Assembly (NCBI RefSeq): GCF_006345805.1
Contig: NC_042999.1
Coordinates: 32,302,001-32,366,000, forward strand
Direction of reading: 5' to 3'
DNA: 64,000 nt
DNA from: Octopus sinensis
Taxonomy: Eukaryota
The first letter of the stretch is position 1. Every line of letters begins with the position of its first letter. Of this stretch, positions 54,156 through 64,000 are shown piece by piece. Position numbers and translations under genes: made by a program. The notes beneath the pieces were generated by a model. It did not search any database. It had not been told where the DNA came from and was given only the letters and a program-made list of their open reading frames with translations.

Positions 54156-54201
<46 letters not shown>

Positions 54202-54479
54202 GAAGCACAGACACACACATATATGTAACCAAACATGCGTGAAGGGCTGAGAAGATGAAACTCTATGTACATTATCATATAGCCAACCCTATAAGCTCCG
54301 CATATGAACACTTGCAATACGCACCTCACGTAAGCAACTTAAAACGAATTCCAAAGCATATACCAACTGTCAGAAAGAAAGCGACGTGTACTTTCTTATT
54401 CATCCCCTGATTTAAACCAAAACTGACAATCTATATTCTTATCGATGTAGTAAATTGTTAAACACATTTCAATATGGAT

Positions 54480-55200
54480 ACAATTGCCATATTATTACTG
54501 TCAGGAAAATTTGCCAAAACCCTTCTATAAACGCAATTAGAAAATCTATATTATTGAAACTTTACAAGGAAGGAGACTCCTAAAATCTCTCCTACAGTCT
54601 TTCTTCTTTCTCTTTTATTTCACACAAATATCTTGTCCTGCAGTAGGCAAGAAAGTAGAACCCACCTGTGCTAATCTTGTCATCGCTTATACAAAAGTTC
54701 AACTTAAGGAATACTTCTGATTAAAGTGCTACAATTACTTCCATACATACTCATTTGGCAACAGAAAACGCTACGTGGTCCAGAGTTTTACATCTGGATA
54801 TATCATCAGCATCGAACTATGAGTTTAGAAGTCTAACTAATAATTTAAACCACTGCATCCAATTTACAATGGTATAGAGTCATAAACATGTGCCTTTGTT
54901 GATGACCTTCATCAGAAACTTTGGAACTAAAATTTTCTGAAAATCAAGATGCTCTAAAATTATCTTCCATTTTCTTCCTGTCAACCACAACATAGGAAAC
55001 TAAATATACCTTGGAAGAAGAATCTTTACAAGTGTATACAATATCGAAGGCTAGGAGAAACCTTTTGAAGAACTTAAATGTACATTACTTGAAAGATAAC
55101 ACCGAGTAACTTTAATCAATAGAAGAATAGAAGAAAAGAACATACAAAAAAGACAAACATTTAAAAAGTTACATAAAGTAAGATATGCCATGATACACTA
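54480..55200 (+). mobile_element. PLE RT remnant
   Basis: AVGKKVEPTCANLVIAY ~ GTAMGTKMAPTYANL.MAY; NNLNHCIQFTMV*SHKHVPL ~ LN.LH..I.FTME.S....PFLD. Confidence 0.65.
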
Positions 55201-56289
55201 GATTCTTCATTTTATATATCAACGCATACTTGAAAAAATACAGAAGCATACAGAATCATTTGCCATAATATCCCATTTCGATGAACGAAGCAGGGATGAC
55301 AACTTGCACACGTATTTCGCAAATATTTTTGAGTATAGCACAACCAGACTATGTACAAATGCATAACGTTAAATATTTTTACAAAAAGATAATTCGTAAC
55401 TTCAAATCGTATAGCCGCCCTATTAGGAGACTTCACATCAGCGCCATTGAGAGATTTATATATAGATTTAAAACAAGAACAATCATTTAGCATTAAGGAT
55501 ACTTTCACGCATCCATCAAGATTTTTTATTATTATTATTATCAAATGCAATGGATATAATGAAGGCTACAAAGAACTACCAGAATTTAATCTGAAGCACA
55601 GACTGACGGTCTGCTGAAAACAGTTCCGAGATGATCCCAGTGCCAGAAGAGTAGCTGGTTGTATAGACGTGGATCTTTTTAAAATTAACCAAGAAGCTAA
55701 ATAGGAACTCTTCCCTTTATATTTATGCATACTGGACACTTAAATCTAAGTCTGTTTATGTAAGCTAAATAACTTGTTTCATCCATTAAGCTGGCACCAT
55801 GCTGCGGAACTGCCTTTGAAGATTCTTTAGTAGAATTAATGGACTTCTAAACACTTTGAGACGCAGACACAAATATAATAAGATCGACAGAAGTAGTTTT
55901 ATAGCAAAAGTTAAAATGTATTACCACTTAAAATTGACCGATGTTTTAGAGGACACTATAATGTGACATTTCCCCTGAAAGAATCCATCATGTGGGTTTT
56001 TTGGTGCATATAAGCACTCCTGTTTATCTCGCTAGCGGGAGGCAGTCATCGCCATTGCTGCTGCCAAGACTAGCATGTCGCGTGATTACGGCTTTTTCTT
56101 AGTCTTGTCTATGGTGGATACTTGACTGATGGAAACAGCAGTAATTGTTCTGCTAGTCATATACATATAATCACAAAGCCCAATCAGGCAGTGGTGCCGC
56201 TGAAAGCCAGCCGGTTTATTAACATGTAATTAAAGTGACACACACACACACATATCTATATATACATCGTTGGTCAAAAGTCACCTGAC

Positions 56290-56650
56290 GGTAAATCAAA
56301 ATCATTTAATTCCAAGATTCATATATACTCTTTTACTTGTTCCAGTCATTTGATGTGGTCATAATGGAGCACCGCCTTTAGTCGAGCAAATTGATGCATG
56401 ACTTATTCTTTGTAAACCTAGTACTCATTCTATCGCTCTCTTTTGTCAAACCACTAAGTTACCACTGTTGTCAAACGATGTTGGGGATCAAACACAGACA
56501 TACAAACATAGAAACACACCTACACACGGGCGCGCACACACACACACACACATCGACTTAAGGCTATAGTAGAAAAAACTTGCCCAAGTTTCCACGCAGT
56601 GGAACTGAACCCGGAACCATGTGTTTCGTTAGCAAGCCACTCCTGCGCCT
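56290..56650 (-). mobile_element. SINE family A, internally deleted
   Basis: CTCTTTTACTTGTTCCAGTCATTTGA...GGAGCACCGCCTTTAGTCGAGC...GGAACTGAACCCGGAACCATGTG. Confidence 0.85.
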
Positions 56651-57241
56651 ATTACCAGACAACCACTCCTACGCATATATGTTTAACAATTGAATGAGAC
56701 TTCGCTAATAAGCAGACACATGTTGAAAAAAACGGTGATTTTAACACACAGTATTCGATTATTAAACATTCATAATTGGAATGAGCAAGTAAAATTGACT
56801 ATTAAGTATTTATGGAATCTTGATTTAATGTCGGGTGACTTTTTGGCCAATCACTCCGTGTGTGTGTGTGTGTGTGTGCGTTACATAATTCGATCAGTTT
56901 CTTTGTCCTAAATCCACTCAAAAGATTTGGGATGTTTTAAGACAAATGCCCAAATTGAGATTTGGCTATGTAGTTGGGAAGCAGGTTTTTTACCGCACAC
57001 TACTGTGTGTTTTCTTTGACGAATTATAAACGTAAACTTTATAACATCAAATATACACAAAACACAGCTAAAAAAAGCTGTTAGCCACATAAAATACTAA
57101 AAGCGACCAGAAAATTGATACATTAGACTTCCACCGAGATGCGAAATCCAGACTTCAAACGAAGGTTTAATCATAATTTCTTTGTGTGCTGACGCCACCC
57201 GAGAATTAACCCCGTGAAGGAAAGAGCGAAACATATTCCAG

Positions 57242-57495
57242 GTGATGAGAAGTCAAGAAAGAAAACAAACAATGTCCTCTTTGAATCAGACGAACAGAAA
57301 GATAGCTAACAGTGAAACAGAAACAAATCAATCTATCAAACAAATGACACCTTCAGACACTCAACCTGACAAAACGCTAGACTACTGTCGGAAAATGACA
57401 AGTCAAATGAACGTATATAAAACGAATATTTTATCCATGCAGTTAGCCAGAAACCACAATGGTCGACCGACGGACAGAAACAAAGAACTATTTCA
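57242..57495 (+). CDS. Candidate coding exon (low-complexity S/T/N/Q-rich): VMRSQERKQTMSSLNQTNRK...PTDRNKELF
   Basis: Acceptor catattccag, strong donor CA|gtaagc, 84 open codons (ORF track 57242-57499), phase 0 to 2. Confidence 0.4.
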
Positions 57496-58179
57496 GTAAG
57501 CGTCCAATTTGGACTTGAAATTATGTCTTGAAATCTATATAAATAATGCAATATCAAATTGAAAATACAGCAACGACAATTTTTGAACAAGTGAAGCAAA
57601 TGAATAACTCTAACCCACAGCAAACGACAAAGCTGGTAAATAAGTTTTTTCATTTAATTTTAAATATTTATCATATGTATTTCTAACTTAATTAATTTAT
57701 ATAAAACTTATAGAACATTTAGATTGCTATCCCGTATTATTCCTATGCATTTTATCAAATGCATTGAACTCGTATATTATTCTATGGTTGTAAAATATAT
57801 TGAACACTAGAATTCCATCGTGTAATTTTGCTATGAAACCTATGGAACGGTTTATCGGTTTAAAAAAAGGATGTTTTATATGGGTTCCTTTTCTTCTAAA
57901 TTTACAAATTACTTATCAGTTCCCTATCATTGAAAAATAGAAACATTTCCAAACTGGTACGGTTGATTCAGAAATTAATTAAAAGCCCCATGTGCATTTC
58001 CATTCCCGAACCAACTTCCTTATACATACAAACATGAATATGCTACTAGAAATCTCACACACGTATATATACGCGCATACATATATCTAGCTATCTACCT
58101 ATCTATAGATGGATGAATAGCAAGCTAGCTAGATAGGTAGATAGATATGCATGTATATACAACCTGAATTCTATTTCAG

Positions 58180-58285
58180 AAAGATACAATTGCAATTTTC
58201 ACTCAAGAGATCCATTGTAACATCAATTATACCGGATTTGCACTCTTTTCGGTGTTTATGTAGGAAGAGTTTTAATTTAGTTGAG
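58180..58285 (+). CDS. Candidate coding exon: (Q)KIQLQFSLKRSIVTSIIPDLHSFRCLCRKSFNLVE
   Basis: Acceptor gaattctatttcag, donor GAG|gtagat, open in phase 2 matching the 57242 exon. Confidence 0.3.
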
Positions 58286-58651
58286 GTAGATTGGAATATG
58301 TGGTGATATTTATATGCAACGTATATTTTCTAAATTCCTAAAACTTGCATCAATCCTTGAAGACTTGCTAAGCAGTTTCACATCGTAATCTAATTCAGTG
58401 CTAGTGATTTCTATTATGCACGTTCATCCTTGTAGTAAATAGTATTTACATTACTAAGGGATTCACTTTCTTCCGCTTTGTTGAATGATTTAAAAATAGG
58501 ACAGGGTATGTCAAGTTTATGCTTGTTGATGTCTGTGACTTTCTAATGGCTTCGTTTATTTTGGTATATTTCAGTAATATTATTTGAACAATTGTTTGGC
58601 TATAAAGATAAAATTCTCAATTGAGGAACGCGGTAGTGTCATTATATATAT

Positions 58652-58938
58652 AGTAAAGGGTAAAGACCCCCTTCGGATATTTATGATCATAGGATTGTAC
58701 CTAGAAAGTTCTCCTCCAAAGCACAGGCTGGGCAATGTTGCTTATAGAAGGCCAGCAGTCGCCCATGCATACAAGCCTTTTCTCTCTACGCCCGCGACAT
58801 CATCAGCTGAATGAACTGGACCAACATGAAATAAAACGTCTTGCTCAACAACACAAAACACAGCCCGGCCCGGGAGTTGAACTGACTACCTCATGATTGC
58901 TAAACCGATGCTTTAATCACTAAGCCATGCGCCTTCAC
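58652..58938 (-). mobile_element. tRNA-derived SINE family C
   Basis: Minus head GTGAAGGCGCATGGCTTAGTGATT...AGTTCAACTCCCG; tail GGGGGTCTTTACCCTTTAC. Confidence 0.8.
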
Positions 58939-59409
58939 CACTAATCATTGAGCCATATATTTCTGTGCGTCTATGAGTGCGTGTATTTGTGTGTGTGTGC
59001 GTGTATGTGTGTATGTGTGTGTGTGTGTTCGAAATATTTTCGAATAGGGGTAATCCCTTTCCAAGCTAAACTCCACTTAATGACATGCGATGAGAATTCA
59101 TTTGTCTATCCAGTAATAGCAAAGGCATAAATGTATACGTATAGGTATGGGTGCGTGTGTGTGTGTACGCGCGCGCTAATATCTTTGTCTGTGTGTGTAT
59201 GCGTTTTTCCTCTTTATCTTGCTTTTGTCTATCGATGATCTTATATGTACAAAGAATTTCATCTCTGGTCGAAATTAAATTTCTTTAGAAAAAGAGTTCG
59301 CTATATATTTTGTTGACATAGCACACACACACACACAACACACACACACACAACACACACACACACACACACACACTCACAGACGCACGCACACACACTC
59401 ATATATAGA

Positions 59410-59478
<69 letters not shown>

Positions 59479-59755
59479 CATGTATATATATACGTATGGA
59501 GATCCTTCTGAATATATATACTTATACAAGGAATGCTTTTTTTCCTAGTTAATAAAACAGAACATCCTAAATTTTGGGGTATGCTCAGTTTTTAACTTAT
59601 TCTAATAAGCATTAACTTATTTTGTTTTGAAAGTATATAGTTATGCATTTACTTACCTTCGTCATGAATTCTGAACTGTAAGCGTACTCCTTTTCTCATC
59701 CATCCACACACACACACACACAAACACACTAATACACACACACACACACGCGCAG

Positions 59756-59850
<95 letters not shown>

Positions 59851-62584
59851 TAAACTCGGGGATAAGAGACCATTCACGGTAAAACATGTAATAAAACACA
59901 GTAGTAGAGAAAGTATTCATGTTATTAAAGGTAGGTGTTTTTATTTTAAAGTATTAAGCGTTTTTTCACTGAGATTCCCAACAGCGTCCCACCCTAGATC
60001 GTCTCATTGTTTTAATCTTGTAGTCATTTCTATAATTTGTTGTTTCTCGTGTAACAATTAATTAGGTGCGAAAGTGAGTTCAAAATATCTCATGGTATAT
60101 ACTTTGTTGGCCCATCAATATTATTCAAGTAAAAGCTGGTTAGAATAAGCAAACAGAACTTGCGAATTCGAAATGTGCTTTCAATAAACATCCAACATTT
60201 TATCATTAACAATAGTACTGATGTCGCTTAGAAAGTTTAATAATAATATGATTCGATATCGTAGTAGTAGATTCGATCTATACTAATATATACCCCTTAA
60301 AACCTGACTTTATAGATTAGTCAAAAGAAACCATTAATTGTATTAAAGGCGTCTAAATATTTGATGCATCAATTCTAAAGTAGAATTGATGTTTTATTCA
60401 ACTTCAATTTCTTGTTATGACCTTTGAACCGAGATATTATATTGATGTATTAGTAATTCTCACACAGACAGTTTAGTATCTGGCACCATGCCGCCAATAC
60501 AGACATTGGTTTATTGGTCTGTTTCTGTGTTTTATAGACCACCACTACTTGAAAACTTTACAACTCGCTGCCACATATAACAAACAGTAAACTGACATTA
60601 ATAAAATAAATGCTTCTAAATGTGGTAGAGTTTGAGTATATTACAGTCTTTATTTATGCATTCTTTTAGGAATAAAATGATTAAAACGCAGACATGTTTA
60701 CCTTCTCGTTATATTGTATTGCTATAAATCACTTCAGAATAACATGTAAATTGTATTAAAGTGGCGAGTTCATCTATAAGTACCAATGTTTACCTATATA
60801 ACTTCATGAAGCTGTTCAGAAATGATATCACTCAGATATGTGTATATTTATTCTTCTGTCTTCTGTGAATTAATATAATTGCGACGATTAAAATTTAAAT
60901 GCAAATCATTGGGTTCGAATATTTCCTATAAACGTTTCCTTGTTTCACATAAATATGTACACGTAAAGATTTATGCATCATTCATACATACAAGCAGTCA
61001 TACATATATGATAGCTTCATCGTATCATGGACGCACAACAACAAGTGAACGGAAAAAAGACAAATAAATTGAGGTTCGAAAGCGACGGTCATAAAATTAT
61101 GAGAGTAGGCAAGGAAGTCTCGAATAGGAACTCTGATAGTATAGGTGTGCCCAACGAATAGAATGTCGCTGGACTGAACTACTTTAACACATAGATGCCT
61201 CACTTACATGTAGCCGAATGAATCAACAGCATTATATATATCTTAGATGATCTAGAATTAAATGCTGATTGCTACTATTATGGTTGCGGTGAGGAAGATG
61301 AAAACCATGGTTTAGTGAGAATTATGCGACCAGAAATTGACTGAGGTGACTGAATACGTTTAATTACGAATCAGCAATTCGTTAATACATTTGGGATATG
61401 AAAGATGGGACGGCTGTTCGGGTAAGGTTTGTGAAATAGCTATTCAGTTCACACGTATGTTGCGATTTCAAAAACTAAAACACTTTAAAGTGGATGGCAG
61501 TTACTGATTTCAACGAGGCATGATATTGGTAGCTTCATTGCACAAGACACATATTCAGACATATAAGGGAAGGCACTGCCGTATTTTGCTGGTTTGTTTT
61601 GCTTCTTGGCTTCTGGTTTTGTATATTATATTATCATTATGCAATTTAACTTTCAGGATATGTGTTCTATCTGTATTACATTCAACTTATTTCCTCTGTG
61701 GGTTTCGTGATATACCACTGTTCTTAACTTGAATGGTATACTTTTCATGTCGGGTAAAACGTTTGCCAATATTTGTATTGCTTGTACCGAAAAGCGTCCG
61801 AAATCTATTAGCAGTTACTTAGTCATATATTTGTTGTGGTTTTCACTACATTTGGAGTGATGTGCAGGGTCCAATTCCCGCTTTTAGTTTGTCTGGGTCG
61901 TTTGATTTCTGATTTGTTTCGGCAATTTTGAATAAGTCGATTATTTTCCCCTTACAAATGCTTGACTTTTACTCCGGCAAATTGTTACTGCATTTACAGC
62001 GATTTTAGTCTTCTTAATATCATGCTAAGATTATTTAGATATCATTTAATGATATATCAATAATTGCAATCTGATACTCATCAATCTTATTACACTGTAA
62101 AGATAACCAGGGGCAACGTTGCACCCGATAACAGGAATAGATCAAAGTAAGCATTATAGCACCAACATATAGGTATGTGTTTGTGACGTAATGATCCAGC
62201 TAACCGATCTGCCCCGAGTCCATATAGACAAAACATAGACTACGGTGGATAGCTTACACTTTCTCAATCATTAAAATTATATCCCGCTACATGCCAAACC
62301 GCATTATCTATAGTTTTGCTTCCCTTGTGTCTTAAGATATTTCATGCCTTCTATGTAATACAAGATTACTATTTTCTAGTAGTTTCACGAGATTGAAAAT
62401 TTATTCCGCAATTCCAACAATATCTTGGTTACATGTTGGTTGCTCGTTCGAGTGAATCTTTTTTTTATCCTTTTTTTCTCTTTTGCAAGGTTCAGTTCTT
62501 TTTGAGGACAGGTGTTCCGATTAATGTGTTCAGTTATACAAGAAACCCAAGAATTTGGAACAACGTTATTTATTGGAGCCATAA

Positions 62585-62802
62585 CTCTTTTACTCTTTTA
62601 TTCTTTTACTTGTTTCAGTCATTTGACTGCAGCCATGTTGGAGCACCGCCTTTAGTCGAGCAAATCGACCCCGGGACTTATTCTTTGTAAGCCCAGTACT
62701 TATTCTATCGGTCTCTTTTGCCGAACCGCTAAGTGACGGGGACGTAAACACACCAGCATCGGTTGTCAAGCAATGCTAGGGGGACAAACACACACACACA
62801 TA

Positions 62803-62840
<38 letters not shown>

Positions 62841-63000
62841 TACGACAGGCTTTTTTCAGTTTCCGTCTACCAAATCCAATCACAGGGCATTGGTCGGCCT
62901 GGGGCTATAACAGAAGACACTTGCCCTAGATGCCACGCAGTGGGACTAAACCCAGAACCATGAGGTTGGTTAGCAAGCTACGTACCACACAGCCACTCCT
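62585..63000 (-). mobile_element. SINE family A, full length, well conserved
   Basis: Near-colinear reverse complement of 42913-43317, with a (TCTTTTA)-like tail repeat. Confidence 0.95.
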
Positions 63001-63399
63001 ATATCCTTGCAAAATAGATATTTTAGGTTAAGTAATTGTCATACTCTAGCGCAGAACACGGTGTAAGTTGAGTTAAACATCGGTTGTCAAGCAACGTTTC
63101 CCAAAATTTGGACAAACATCAAGTCTAACACAAAGTTACTCTTTCTGGGCCATTCATCCCTCCGTCGTGGTTTGATTTTGAGGCTGTTGGTATATTCATG
63201 TTTGCTGCCAGAAGGTGTTTGTTGTACTGCTATGAGTGGTACTGTATGGCTGTTTTGGTACTGGCAGATCTCTGACCTGTTCTTCGTTTTTGACTGCACA
63301 TGCAAATTTTATTAGCTGACCTTCAATATTGATTGGTCGGATACATACCCGCATACACACAGAGACTCACACATACACATTTGTTTTTGTATTTAACAA

Positions 63400-63872
63400 C
63401 ATGAAATACGAAAACAAATGATTTCAGTGTTCAGTGCGCAAAAAACGAGAGAAACAAATGGAAAACTGGACAAGTAACACAAAGAACGACCATTCATTAG
63501 TTGTCTGCTGTCTATCTAATCCTCATTTCTAGCATTGAATGACAATGATAGTGTAAAATAGCAAACGCTGCAGAAATATTTTTTTGAAAAGCGAACAGAT
63601 AGAAGAGAGAGAGAAAGAGATAGAATAAGGCCAGATCCTCAGAACAGTCCTGAAGGAAAACAAAGATGATCCCTTTAGGAAAAGAAACATAGATGATGGT
63701 TACGTGTGGGCAACGAGACAGAGAAGAAAGGAAAGAAACCGGAGAGAGAGACAGTTAGAAAACAGTGAAGGGAGAAGAAGAGAATTAGAGAAAAGGTTAG
63801 GGGGGAGAAGACAGTAAAGTGTAGAGTCGCATCAAAATGATTAAGATAAACTTACTTGGAAATGGATGCATG
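63400..63872. mobile_element. Interspersed repeat terminus abutting (TA)n, possibly PLE terminal repeat
   Basis: Purine-rich non-coding block ending CAATCAAACACTC directly at (TA)n; recognition-based only. Confidence 0.3.
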
Positions 63873-63890
63873 ATGTTCAATCAAACACTC

Positions 63891-63997
<107 letters not shown>

Positions 63998-64000
63998 GAC

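Noticed and set aside
61208-61345. Exon candidates on both strands (DDLELNADCYYYGC)
   Set aside because: Mutually overlapping short candidates with no phase-compatible partner; consistent with chance splice-like motifs.
63490-63545. Permuted hammerhead-like motif on the minus strand (GAAA...CTAATGA)
   Set aside because: Core mutated and stems not demonstrable.

Overview
AT-rich, repeat-dense eukaryotic (metazoan) genomic DNA. It is most likely from an octopus (inference from the tRNA-derived SINE families and the density of (TA)n/(CA)n/(GATA)n tracts; not database-confirmed). No rRNA, true tRNA, CRISPR or prokaryote-style genes are supported. Most ORFs in the supplied track are microsatellite or antisense artefacts. 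The window is dominated by decayed mobile elements: about 10 Penelope-like element (PLE) remnants (RT and GIY-YIG pieces of at least two sequence types), RTE- and R4/Dong-type LINE fragments, mariner and maT-like transposase relics, an intact TIR MITE, a 154-bp foldback palindrome, and many SINEs from about three families. The most interesting signals are three type I hammerhead-ribozyme motifs (37.3 kb +, 47.0 kb -, 13.7 kb -). Each sits in a short PLE-terminal-like unit that ends at a (TA)n tract, and two have unusually long stem II hairpins. Host coding evidence is limited to spliced-exon candidates read by eye. The best is a three-exon 3' gene end at 6.9-7.6 kb (+); weaker candidates lie at 19, 26.7, 52.7 and 57-58 kb. 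All coordinates were counted manually and element boundaries are approximate.
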